A stretch of 64,000 bases of DNA from Pseudomonadota bacterium. Its GTDB lineage: Bacteria > Pseudomonadota > Alphaproteobacteria > Micavibrionales > Micavibrionaceae. The DNA lies in assembly GCA_048498395.1 (NCBI GenBank), contig JBEHYB010000001.1:3023-67022 (forward strand). Direction: 5' to 3'. Below, one piece after another: positions 29,765 through 38,940 of this stretch. The translations under genes were made by a program, and so were the position numbers. Under the pieces are notes generated by a model that saw only the letters and a list, made by a program, of their open reading frames with translations, was not told where the DNA came from and searched no databases. Every line of letters starts with the position of its first letter. Positions within the stretch are counted from its first letter, which is position 1.

Positions 29765-30014
29765 TATTTGAAACTCCCATCTTTTCGGTACTTATCGATC
29801 AAAAATCCGCTTATCACTCTCTCAGAAGTTTTGGCCTCCGGCTGACTGTAGCATTTAAAAATGGTTCTTAAAACGCGCTGTTGAGGGAAGAAGCGTGGAA
29901 AATCGTCAAGATACGCAGACCTGGTAATCGAAACGTTATCAATCGGTTCCAAGCGGGCAGGAAATGTCGGGGCTTGCGGGGTATGGCGCACCACAGAGTT
30001 GTCATGACAGTAAA

Positions 30015-30104
30015 TGGCGGAGCGAAAGGGATTCGAACCCTTGATACGTTTGACCGTATACACGATTTCCAATCGTGCGCCTTCAACCGCTCGGCCACCG
30101 CTCC
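30015..30104 (-). tRNA. tRNA-Ser (anticodon GGA)
   Basis: The reverse strand reads GGAGCGGTGGCCGAGCGGTTGAAGGCGCACGATTGGAAATCGTGTATACGGTCAAACGTATCAAGGGTTCGAATCCCTTTCGCTCCGCCA. It has a 7-bp acceptor stem, the anticodon stem-loop CACGA-TTGGAAA-TCGTG, a long variable arm, a GGTTCGAATCC T-arm and an encoded CCA. Confidence 0.9.
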
Positions 30105-30200
30105 TTACCGGAGTGAGACCCGAAACTATTGCGGCTGGCGTTTCGGGCCAAAATCAGGAGGCACCCTACCTAGCTATTTTCGATTTTTCAAGCTAGGATA

Positions 30201-30524
30201 TTGGTTATGAAATTTTGCCCAAAACGCCCGTATTTGTCGTTTTTATGGTCTTTCCCGCTTATTCTGGTTTTGGCCCATGATCTTTTCGTGTGGCTTAACG
30301 CGTCGAGCGACTTCCATTTCTCGGAAACCGGCTATCTTTTACAGCATTACACCCCTTTTGAAGACGCGGTTGTCCATGCCTCGCCTAGCGCTCTTTATCG
30401 CGATGTCCTGTCGCTGATTTTGAACGCGAAGGCAGTCCTCGTGACAGGCATCCCGGCTGCGCTCGCCCTGTTGTGGATCAACCGCTCGCCAAGACGGCAA
30501 GTTTTAAAACACCGCTATCGATAA
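30201..30524 (+). CDS. hypothetical small membrane protein
   Basis: 107-aa ORF with two hydrophobic segments. Its 3' end overlaps the convergent hydrolase gene by 47 nt. I recognise no family. Confidence 0.35.
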   Translation: MVMKFCPKRPYLSFLWSFPLILVLAHDLFVWLNASSDFHFSETGYLLQHYTPFEDAVVHASPSALYRDVLSLILNAKAVLVTGIPAALALLWINRSPRRQVLKHRYR

Positions 30525-31215
30525 GCTCCAGATCCTGCGGACGCGACAGGCGATGGTCGCCATCTTCGATGAAAATAATTTCCGCATCCGTTTTCTTCAG
30601 CCTGTCCTTGATCGCGAGCGCGCGCTGCCATGGCACGTCCGGATCTTTTTTGCCCTGAATCAATATCACCGGGATCGTAAGATCAATCGGATGATCCAGC
30701 AAACATTGACGTTCTCCGTCTTCCATCAATTTTCTTGTAATGATCAGGTCGTCGCCATATTCAGACGGGACCGAGAAAAATCCTTTCTCAACGAGCGCCT
30801 GTTTCTGTTCATTCGTCAACATGCTCTCTATATCGCGCGTGAAATCCGGCGCGGCGGCAAGGCCTATAAATCCCGCGACGCGATCGGGACGTTTGAGGGC
30901 GACATGCAAGCCGATCCAGCCGCCCATCGACGAGCCGACGACAAGAATTTTGCCCTGCGTGACATAATCGATGACAGCCAGCGCGTCCTGCGTCCACTGC
31001 CCGATAGAGCCGTCTTCGAACCGTCCGCCCGATGCGCCATGCCCCGAATAATCGAGTAACAGGCAGCCCTGTCCACGCGCCCTGCAACGCGTCATCAGGT
31101 CCTGCGCCTTCACCCCGCCCATATCGGAGCGGAAACCCGGCAGGAAAACCACCGTCGGAAGGTCATTACGGCCCTCTTCATACTGATAAGCCAGCTTTTC
31201 GATCTTTCTAATCAT
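30478..31215 (-). CDS. alpha/beta hydrolase
   Basis: 245-aa ORF with the nucleophile elbow GSSMGG, VFLPGF, and a late D...H pair (EDGDHRL). Confidence 0.75.
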   Translation of the reverse strand: MIRKIEKLAYQYEEGRNDLPTVVFLPGFRSDMGGVKAQDLMTRCRARGQGCLLLDYSGHGASGGRFEDGSIGQWTQDALAVIDYVTQGKILVVGSSMGGWIGLHVALKRPDRVAGFIGLAAAPDFTRDIESMLTNEQKQALVEKGFFSVPSEYGDDLIITRKLMEDGERQCLLDHPIDLTIPVILIQGKKDPDVPWQRALAIKDRLKKTDAEIIFIEDGDHRLSRPQDLELIDSGVLKLAVLASG

Positions 31216-31277
31216 GCGTCTACTGTGCTAAATCAGACACGAAAGATCAAGCACAAGCCCTTCAAGAGAATTTCTGT

Positions 31278-32417
31278 ATGTCCAGGACCAAACCCGTCGT
31301 TTTGCAGATCATCCCTCATCTCGGAGCGGGCGGCGCGGAACAGGGCTGTATCGATGTCGCGGCGGAACTTGTGCGTGCGGGCGCGAAATCGATTATCGTC
31401 TCGAATGGCGGCGCGCGCATCCCGGAAGTCCTGCGCGCGGGCTCGGAACATATTTCACTTCCCGTCGATAGTAAAAATCCCTATGTCATGTGGCGTAACA
31501 CAAAACGTCTCAAGAAAATCATCGAGAAGAACCGCGTCGATATCGTGCATGCGCGCAGCCGCGCCCCGGCCTGGAGCGCTTATGAAGCCTGCAAAAATTC
31601 ACTCGCGCATTTTATGACGACCTGCCATGCGCCTTATAATATTCATGCGCGCAAATTGAAAAAATTCTACAATTCATCAATCGCGCGCGGCGAACGCGTT
31701 ATTGCTATTTCCGAATATGTGGCGAATTACCTGCGTGAAAATTATGCGCTGGACGATAGTAAAATCCGCCTGATCCATCGTGGTATCGCGCCGGAGAAAT
31801 TCCATCCGTCGCTCGTGACACCCGAACGCATGATCAAACTTTCGAAATCATGGCGTATTCCTGACGGCGCGAATGTCGTGCTGCTGCCGGGCCGCCTGAC
31901 GCGCTGGAAAGGCCAGACCGTATTGATCGAAGCGATGGCAAAAGTAAACCGCGAAGATCTTTATTGCATTTTAATCGGCGACGATCAGGGCCGCGCCGAA
32001 TATCGCGCGGAACTTGAAAAACTGATCGCAGATAAAGGCCTTGGTGAACGCGTACGCCTTATGGGCCATTGTTCCGATATGTCTGCCGCCTATATGATTT
32101 CGGCAGTCGTCGTTTCAGCTTCGACCGAACCTGAAGGTTTCGGCCGCATCGCCGTCGAAGGGCAGGCGATGGGCAAGATCGTCGTCGCGACGGATCACGG
32201 CGGCTCGAAAGAAACCATTATACCTGGCGAGACAGGCTATCTGGTGCCGCCGAATGATGTCGATGCGCTTGCAGCCACAATTGAAAAGATCCTCGCCATG
32301 CCGGACGAGAAAAGATATGAGATGGCTTATCGCGCCATGGAGCATGTCCATGCGAATTTCACCCGCGAAATCATGGTCGGTAAAACGCTCGACGTTTATA
32401 CGGAGCTGTTAAAATGA
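31278..32417 (+). CDS. glycosyltransferase family 4 (GT-B, retaining)
   Basis: 379-aa ORF with an N-terminal GGAEQ-type motif and a C-terminal EPEGFGRIAVEGQAMGKIVVATDHGG (the E-x7-E region). Confidence 0.8.
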   Translation: MSRTKPVVLQIIPHLGAGGAEQGCIDVAAELVRAGAKSIIVSNGGARIPEVLRAGSEHISLPVDSKNPYVMWRNTKRLKKIIEKNRVDIVHARSRAPAWSAYEACKNSLAHFMTTCHAPYNIHARKLKKFYNSSIARGERVIAISEYVANYLRENYALDDSKIRLIHRGIAPEKFHPSLVTPERMIKLSKSWRIPDGANVVLLPGRLTRWKGQTVLIEAMAKVNREDLYCILIGDDQGRAEYRAELEKLIADKGLGERVRLMGHCSDMSAAYMISAVVVSASTEPEGFGRIAVEGQAMGKIVVATDHGGSKETIIPGETGYLVPPNDVDALAATIEKILAMPDEKRYEMAYRAMEHVHANFTREIMVGKTLDVYTELLK

Positions 32418-33352
32418 GTGAACCCGCGCGCATTCTCGTTATCAAACTTGGCGCGCTCGGGGACTTTATTTACGCGCTTGGCGCGATGAAGGCGATCCGC
32501 GCACATCATCCGGGCGCAAAAATCTCACTCCTGACCCGCAAGCCCTATGAAGAACTGGCCCGCAAGAGCGGCTTCTTCGATGAAATTATGCTGGATACAA
32601 AGCCGAAACTTAACCCGTTCGACTGGATAAAATTCCGTGAACTCCTGAATTCAAAAAGATTTGCGCGGGTCTATGATCTGCAAAACAACGATCGCACCGG
32701 GCTTTATTTCAAACTTTTTTCACCGAAACCTGAATGGTCGGGGATCGTCAACGGCGCGTCGCATCGCAACGCCGATCCCGAACGACCCAGACATCACGCT
32801 TTCCAGGGGCATCAGAAGACGCTCAAACTCGCTGGCATTGAGGATGTAAAACTCAATGCGCTTGAATGGCTGCATTCCGATATTGCGCGTTTCAACCTGC
32901 CAAAACCTTATGCCCTGCTGGTGCCAGGCAGTTCGGCCAACCATCTGCGTAAAAGATGGCCCGAGAGTTCCTATCGTGCGCTTGTGCAAAAACTGATCGA
33001 TGCAGGTCTTCACCCGGTTCTCCTTGGCGCAAAAGATGAAATTGAATTAGCGGGAAGAATTGCTGAAGGTCTGGAGGTTACAAATCTTGCCGGCCAGACA
33101 ACCATCGACGATCTCGCGACAGTGGCGCGCGGCGCGGCGATTGCCGTTGGCAACGACACAGGACCGATGCATATCCTCTCGATGACGGGATGCCCGGTCG
33201 TAATGTTTTTCTGCTCGGACGAAAGCAATATCAAAAAACACGGGCCGCAAACATCGCGCGCGAAAAGTTTCGAAGCGCAGGATCTGAATCAGATCAGTAT
33301 CGATGATGTTTTTGAAAATGTGCGCGCGCTGATGAGAGCGCCCGCGCGCTGA
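32414..33352 (+). CDS. glycosyltransferase family 9 (heptosyltransferase-like, LPS core)
   Basis: 312-aa ORF with ILVIKLGALGDF at the N-terminus and VGNDTGPMHI near the C-terminus. An ATGA overlap joins it to the GT4 gene. Confidence 0.8.
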   Translation: MSEPARILVIKLGALGDFIYALGAMKAIRAHHPGAKISLLTRKPYEELARKSGFFDEIMLDTKPKLNPFDWIKFRELLNSKRFARVYDLQNNDRTGLYFKLFSPKPEWSGIVNGASHRNADPERPRHHAFQGHQKTLKLAGIEDVKLNALEWLHSDIARFNLPKPYALLVPGSSANHLRKRWPESSYRALVQKLIDAGLHPVLLGAKDEIELAGRIAEGLEVTNLAGQTTIDDLATVARGAAIAVGNDTGPMHILSMTGCPVVMFFCSDESNIKKHGPQTSRAKSFEAQDLNQISIDDVFENVRALMRAPAR

Positions 33353-33358
33353 AAAACT

Positions 33359-33673
33359 CTAAGCTTCCGCGGCTTCCGCGCAAGGCGCATAAATGCCGTA
33401 AAGTGTTTGCAGCATCGCCTTAACTGTCGCGTCTTCAAGGGAATAATATATTGTCTGCGCATCACGTCTCGTGATGACCAGTCCGTCTTTGCGCAAACGT
33501 GCCAAATGCTGTGACAGGGCGGATTGCGATAGCTTTACAATCTCTTCCAGATCTCCAACGCATTTTTCATTTTTATAAAGTGCGCAAAGTATCAGCAGAC
33601 GTTTATCGTTCGAGAGTGCCTTCAAAAGATTGGCAGCTCTGTCCGCATTCTTTTCTAGTTCCCCGATGTCCAT
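33359..33673 (-). CDS. ArsR/SmtB family transcriptional regulator
   Basis: 104-aa ORF with LKALSNDKRLLILCAL and the helix-turn-helix VGDLEEIVKLSQSALSQHLARLRKDGLV. Confidence 0.85.
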   Translation of the reverse strand: MDIGELEKNADRAANLLKALSNDKRLLILCALYKNEKCVGDLEEIVKLSQSALSQHLARLRKDGLVITRRDAQTIYYSLEDATVKAMLQTLYGIYAPCAEAAEA

Positions 33674-33822
33674 CCAAAAATTACCTTAAAATGTGCAACT
33701 CAGTCTTTCACGTTGCCACTAACAGAAAGCATCGAAATAGATCATTCTGTGCACCGGCCAACCTCTATCAATATTACTTTTTTCTCATATAGACGCTTAG
33801 ATAGTTTCAATTTTAACTTTTA

Positions 33823-34611
33823 TTAAAAATTTTGCAAAGCAGTTTTTTGCGGTGCGCGTGATAATAAATATATTCTCAACCATGACGGCAACAACCCTAC
33901 CACTCGCGAAACCAGCGCGACCGGCCAGGGGAAAATGATCAATCCTCTGTTCTTATCAAGACCTTGGGCGATTTTGTGCGCAGCCCTGTCCGCATTCATT
34001 AATAAAGGCATTGGATAAGGGTTAACGTCAGTCATCGGAGTCTTAATAAATCCCGGGCAGATAACAGAGACTTTTAAGCCCTGGGAACCGAATCTGCCGC
34101 GCAGCGCTTCGCCATACATACGTACAGCGCCTTTACTCGCGCTATACGCCGGCGCACCCGGCCATGCCGCAAAGCCCGCGAGCGAACTGACAAGCGCGAT
34201 CTGTCCCTGTCCGCGTGCGAGCATGCGCGGCAATACAGGCGCGATCGTATTCAACACACCCGTTACGTTGACATCGAAAATGCGCTGTGCCTGTATCGAG
34301 AACTCTTCCGGTCCAAGTCCTGCGGTGCCGCCGGAAATCCCCGCGTTCGCAATGATAAGATCTATCGGAAATCTTTTGTCAGTACTTACGATCCATTGAT
34401 GCATGATCTCGGCCGCGGTCGTGTCTGAAATCTGGACATGTACCTCAGCGCCCAGCGAACGGCAAAGCGAAGCGACCGCGTCCAGACGAGACGCGTCCCG
34501 CCCGCCCAGGAAAAGCCGGTGACTCTGCGCGGCATAATACGCGGCCAGCGCGGCACCGATACCACTTGATGCGCCGGTGATAAGGATCGTCTTCTGGGTC
34601 CCTTTTGTCAT
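33823..34611 (-). CDS. SDR family oxidoreductase
   Basis: I prefer the start at the ATG at 34611. It has the cofactor motif TGASSGIG, NAG, and the catalytic YSASK. Confidence 0.85.
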   Translation of the reverse strand: MTKGTQKTILITGASSGIGAALAAYYAAQSHRLFLGGRDASRLDAVASLCRSLGAEVHVQISDTTAAEIMHQWIVSTDKRFPIDLIIANAGISGGTAGLGPEEFSIQAQRIFDVNVTGVLNTIAPVLPRMLARGQGQIALVSSLAGFAAWPGAPAYSASKGAVRMYGEALRGRFGSQGLKVSVICPGFIKTPMTDVNPYPMPLLMNADRAAHKIAQGLDKNRGLIIFPWPVALVSRVVGLLPSWLRIYLLSRAPQKTALQNF

Positions 34612-34700
34612 GGGCCCCAAGCTAAAGAAATCCTCTGTTATTTCAAGCGGATTTCACCCTCGCTTATTGCCCGCGCGCGCGGAATATGCTGTGATCCCGC

Positions 34701-35339
34701 ATGCAACCAATTAAAATCAAACGCCGTGGCCTGCTCTTTATCCTGTCTTCACCATCGGGTGCCGGCAAGACGACAATTTCCCGCGCGCTTCTCCAGCAGA
34801 ATACCGACCTGAATGTTTCCGTTTCCGTTACCACCCGCACCCCGCGCCCGGGCGAAGTCGACGGCAAAGACTATCATTTCATCACCAAGGATAAATTCGA
34901 CCAGATGGTCGAGAATGAAGAGCTTCTTGAGCACGCCAAGGTTTTCAGCAACTACTACGGCACGCCGCTCAAACCCGTAGAGCAGTCCCTCGCCTCAAGC
35001 GAAGATATTATCTTTGATATCGACTGGCAGGGAACACAACAGCTTAAACAGAAACTGACCAACGATCTCGTGACTGTTTTTATCCTGCCGCCGTCGCGCG
35101 ATGAACTTGAGCGCCGCCTGCGCGCGCGCCAGCAGGACGATGAGTCGATCATCCGCGAGCGTATGAAAAAAGCATCGAATGAAATCAGTCACTATAGCGA
35201 ATACGACTACATTATCGTAAATAATGATCTGGATTCATCGATCCGCCGTGCGCAGAGCATTCTGGACGCGGAACGCTCGAAACGCCGCCGTCTGACGGAT
35301 CTCCCGGAATTCGTCACCACGCTTATCGGCGAAGATTAG
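34701..35339 (+). CDS. gmk: guanylate kinase
   Basis: 212-aa ORF with the P-loop SSPSGAGKTT and TTRTPRPGEVDGKDYHF. Confidence 0.9.
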   Translation: MQPIKIKRRGLLFILSSPSGAGKTTISRALLQQNTDLNVSVSVTTRTPRPGEVDGKDYHFITKDKFDQMVENEELLEHAKVFSNYYGTPLKPVEQSLASSEDIIFDIDWQGTQQLKQKLTNDLVTVFILPPSRDELERRLRARQQDDESIIRERMKKASNEISHYSEYDYIIVNNDLDSSIRRAQSILDAERSKRRRLTDLPEFVTTLIGED

Positions 35340-36172
35340 ATAGAATTTGCAAGATTCAGATAATCTTCCAATGTCAGATTTTCCGCCCGTAATGTCGGAT
35401 CGATGCCAAGCGCTTCGATTTGCGCGGCATACTGCTTGAGGCTTGACCGGATCATTTTCCGGCGTTGCTGAAATGCTGTCGCCAGAACCTTCTCCATTTT
35501 TTCGAATGACGGATTGATCGCCGGCGGCACTTTTGGTTTCAGCACGACAATACTCGAAGTTATTTTCGGCGGCGGCGTAAATGCTTCAGGCGGCAGATCG
35601 AAAGCCTTTCCCGCTTCACAAAGCCACTGCGTCATCACCGATAAACGCCCGTAATCCTTGGTGCCTGGTTTAGCCGTTAATCGGTCCGCGACTTCCTTCT
35701 GGAACATCAGCGTCATAAATTTGTAGCTGCCGGGATCATTGCGCAGATCTTTGAGCCATTTCAGCAATAAAACAGTGCTAATATTATAGGGAAGATTGGC
35801 GACGATCGCGCGCGGAGCCGTGCTTATCGTCAGGAGATCTGCATGCAGCGCATCGCCCTTCACGACTTCCAGCCGTCCACGAGCAGCTTTGACAACATCC
35901 TGCAAAGCGGCCACCGCCCGATCGTCGAATTCAAGTGCGACAACATGTCTGGCACCGCCCGATAGCAGGCTGCGCGTCAGCCCGCCGGGTCCGGGTCCGA
36001 TTTCAAAGACAGTAAGATCTAAAATATCGCCGCAGGCACGTACAATCTTGTCGGTGATATTCAGGTCGAGAAGGAAATTCTGCCCCAGCGCCTTTTCCGC
36101 GCGCAGATTATGATCGCGTATGACATCGCGAAGCGGCGGCAACGTGCTTAAAAGATCAGGCACGGTTTTCAA
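35336..36172 (-). CDS. rsmA: 16S rRNA (adenine1518/1519-N6)-dimethyltransferase
   Basis: 278-aa ORF with LGQNFLLD, EIGPGPGGLT and NLPYNIST. The start is a TTG (36172) or a GTG (36163), and either overlaps the end of the surA-like gene. Confidence 0.9.
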   Translation of the reverse strand: MKTVPDLLSTLPPLRDVIRDHNLRAEKALGQNFLLDLNITDKIVRACGDILDLTVFEIGPGPGGLTRSLLSGGARHVVALEFDDRAVAALQDVVKAARGRLEVVKGDALHADLLTISTAPRAIVANLPYNISTVLLLKWLKDLRNDPGSYKFMTLMFQKEVADRLTAKPGTKDYGRLSVMTQWLCEAGKAFDLPPEAFTPPPKITSSIVVLKPKVPPAINPSFEKMEKVLATAFQQRRKMIRSSLKQYAAQIEALGIDPTLRAENLTLEDYLNLANSI

Positions 36173-37088
36173 TAAAGGCTGAACTGCGTAAATCGATCAT
36201 ATAGCGTCTGGCGGCACGTTCGAGGCGATCAAGACCCACTCTTTGCAGGATATCTTCGCGTTTTGGCAACATCTCGGAAGTCAGAGTACGCTTCTCGCGA
36301 ATTGTTAAGATGTAATAGGCGTTCTGGCTCTTGATCGGATCGCTGATCTGGTTTGGTTGAAGAGTGTCAAGCACGGCATCAATTTCAGTTGGCAACTGCC
36401 CCTTTTCGATCCAGCCCATATCTCCGCCTTTTTTAGCGCCCGGCGCTTGCGAGAATTGTTGTGCCGCTTTTGGAAACGCGTCTGGTTGTTCGCGCAGCTG
36501 GCCGACCAGCTTGTTAGCAAAACCAATTAGTGCGCCTTCTTTTTTAGGATCGTTGAGCGGCAGAAAAATCTGCGCGACGTGATATTGCGTCTGGCCGATC
36601 TTGGCATTGAGTTTCGCAAGCTCCGTATCTATATCGCTTTCACTGACTTCTATTTTCGGACGAACCTTCGCCTGGACAACCTTGCCCCAGGCGATCTGGG
36701 ATTTGATCTGGTCATTCATCGAAGCCATGCTGATACCGCTTTTCTTAATCATTTCGCGGAATTTATCGGGCGGGATATTATTGTTTTTGGCAATTTCATC
36801 GAAGCCCGCGTCGATTTCAGCTCTCGACACTTTTATTTTCAGGCGATCCGCTTCCTGCATCTTGAGCGATTCATCGATGAGCATATCTTCAATCTGCGGA
36901 CGCAGTTTCGCGAGCATTTCCGGATTTTGCGGCATGCCTGTTGACGCAGCGATCATTTTTACGCGTTCGTCTACATCGGAATTCGTAATTGCATCTGAAT
37001 TGACAACAAGGGCGATCCCTTCGCTGCCTGCATGTGCAATAGCCGGAACGAGAAGGACGAGCGCAAGAATAAGCGAAAATATCTTCAT
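36156..37088 (-). CDS. periplasmic chaperone / peptidyl-prolyl isomerase, SurA-like (single parvulin domain)
   Basis: 310-aa ORF with a signal peptide ending AHA, a SurA N-domain-like region and a parvulin motif (GGDMGW). Confidence 0.75.
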   Translation of the reverse strand: MKIFSLILALVLLVPAIAHAGSEGIALVVNSDAITNSDVDERVKMIAASTGMPQNPEMLAKLRPQIEDMLIDESLKMQEADRLKIKVSRAEIDAGFDEIAKNNNIPPDKFREMIKKSGISMASMNDQIKSQIAWGKVVQAKVRPKIEVSESDIDTELAKLNAKIGQTQYHVAQIFLPLNDPKKEGALIGFANKLVGQLREQPDAFPKAAQQFSQAPGAKKGGDMGWIEKGQLPTEIDAVLDTLQPNQISDPIKSQNAYYILTIREKRTLTSEMLPKREDILQRVGLDRLERAARRYMIDLRSSAFIENRA

Positions 37089-37090
37089 GG

Positions 37091-38068
37091 TTATACTCTT
37101 TTTACTTTTACGTCGGCGAAACGACCGCCGGGACGATAGTGGTCGAGATAGCTTGGCAGAACAGCTTCAAGCGCTGTCGCTTGCAATCCAAGATCGGCGA
37201 GTTTCAAAGCTGATGCTCTCACGACGCTATCTGTCTTAAGGCCGGTAATCTGATCGCCGGTCAGAGGCGGTGTCGGCAGAACCGAGAAAAACATCGCCTG
37301 AATGCGTGCAAGGCCTTCAGGCAGATTGAAGGTGAAACGCTTGCGGCCGGTCTGTGCGAAAACTGTTTTGTAGATTTCGGCGAGCGTCAGGATCTCTACT
37401 CCGCCCAGTTCGAATGTTTTACCCAAAGGTGAAACAACGCCAACGTCCGGCAGAATGATCGCCTGCAAAACAGATTCCGAAACATCGCCTGCATAGATCG
37501 GCTGGAACTTCGTATGTCCGCCGCCAATCAAAGGAAGTGCCGGCAGGAACAGCGCAAGTTTTGCAAATTTATTGAAGAAATCGTCTTCCTGGCCAAAAAC
37601 AACGCCGGGCCGCAGGATCGTCGCTTGTGGGTATGCCGCGCGCACGGCCGCTTCACCGTTGCGTTTGCTCGCCGCATATTTTGATTTCGATTCATCGATG
37701 CCAAGCGCGGAAATATGCACGAAACGCTTAACGTCAAAACGTGCGCAGGCGGACGCGATGCGTGAGGCGTATTCTTCATGCACCAGTTTGAATTTTGTTC
37801 TTCTTTTCTCAAAGAGGATACCAAGGCAATTGACGACTACATCGGAACCGGCGACAGCCTTGTCGATAGCTTCCGGCGAATAGTCACAAAGTATCGGCAC
37901 GATCTGGCCGACACCGCCGAACTGGCGCAGGAAATAGGCAGATTGTGGATGACGCGTCATAACCTTGATGGTCGCGCCTTCACGCGCCAGCTGGGCGATC
38001 ACATAACGCCCGATAAAACCTGTGCCGCCGAAAACGGTCGCGACTTTGTTCTGTAGATTGAGAGGCAT
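37091..38068 (-). CDS. NDUFA9-like NAD(P)-binding atypical SDR
   Basis: 325-aa ORF with the Rossmann motif GGTGFIGRYV and overall similarity to the complex I NDUFA9-like family common in alphaproteobacteria. Confidence 0.7.
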   Translation of the reverse strand: MPLNLQNKVATVFGGTGFIGRYVIAQLAREGATIKVMTRHPQSAYFLRQFGGVGQIVPILCDYSPEAIDKAVAGSDVVVNCLGILFEKRRTKFKLVHEEYASRIASACARFDVKRFVHISALGIDESKSKYAASKRNGEAAVRAAYPQATILRPGVVFGQEDDFFNKFAKLALFLPALPLIGGGHTKFQPIYAGDVSESVLQAIILPDVGVVSPLGKTFELGGVEILTLAEIYKTVFAQTGRKRFTFNLPEGLARIQAMFFSVLPTPPLTGDQITGLKTDSVVRASALKLADLGLQATALEAVLPSYLDHYRPGGRFADVKVKRV

Positions 38069-38185
38069 GAAAACTCCTTGAAAATCTCAGCTAGACTATA
38101 CCCAGTTTTGCCTTGATTTCAAAACCATGAAATGAACGGTTTCGGGAGTTATTTATGGGTCCGGGGTTGAAAAAGAAGGGGCCGG

Positions 38186-38884
38186 TTACTGGAAAACCGG
38201 CTCATAGGAAACGATGTCGCCCTTGGTGGTCGAATAGCTCTCTTTGCGCTTAATCTCCACCAGTTTCTTCGTCCACCATTCAGCGCCCTCGGCATCGTTA
38301 AATACGTTTAACATGGAGGCCCCTTTGTTAAGAGGAAGAGTTGGCCCTTCGATCGCGACATAATCAACCAGGGCGTTCTGGATCGCGACGACGGATTCGG
38401 ACATTCTGCGGCTTTCGTCGATAGCTGAAGCTGCCGTACTGAATAGCTGTTTAAGCGGCATTTCATATTTATCGTTATTGATAATGCAATAGCGAATATA
38501 TTCCGCCATCAACTTGCCGCCTGCGCGCGCCGCATCTTCGCCCGGATCGGCAGCGTACAGGTTCCACATGTCTTTTTCAAAAGGGGTCGTTCCATCATCG
38601 AGAGCCTCGAATATTTCTTCGGCCATAAAGCCTGAATCGAAAATCGTTTTGACGAGATCTTCCTTGCGCAGAATGGCTGACGGGTTGCCGATCAGTTCCG
38701 TGACGAGAATGGCCTGATCTCCTGCCTGATGATCGCATTTACGATGATTATAAAAATGATTGGAGATTTCACTGAGCCTGCCATCTCTTGCCGACTGGAG
38801 CAGGGCTTCGTCGGTCTGATCATCTGGCTTTTGCGAGGCTCTTAGCATCGCCATAAATCCTGGCGGTAGAAAATCTTTTGACAT
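38186..38884 (-). CDS. hypothetical protein (acidic, cytoplasmic)
   Basis: 232-aa ORF with no signal peptide, no TM segment and no motif I recognise. Confidence 0.55.
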   Translation of the reverse strand: MSKDFLPPGFMAMLRASQKPDDQTDEALLQSARDGRLSEISNHFYNHRKCDHQAGDQAILVTELIGNPSAILRKEDLVKTIFDSGFMAEEIFEALDDGTTPFEKDMWNLYAADPGEDAARAGGKLMAEYIRYCIINNDKYEMPLKQLFSTAASAIDESRRMSESVVAIQNALVDYVAIEGPTLPLNKGASMLNVFNDAEGAEWWTKKLVEIKRKESYSTTKGDIVSYEPVFQ

Positions 38885-38940
38885 ACGCAGTAAATCCTTT
38901 GCCTATAAGTTATTATAATAGCTATGAAAAATCAATTTTC

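Noticed and set aside
29764-30210. Four ORF-track entries overlapping tRNA-Ser (29764-30072, 29868-30098, 29881-30210, 30014-30196)
   Set aside because: They read through the tRNA gene in sense or antisense, for example ...GIRTLDT...[13 protein letters not shown]. None has a ribosome-binding site or a plausible start outside the tRNA. Only the TAATG junction of the first with the downstream gene is noted, in a finding.
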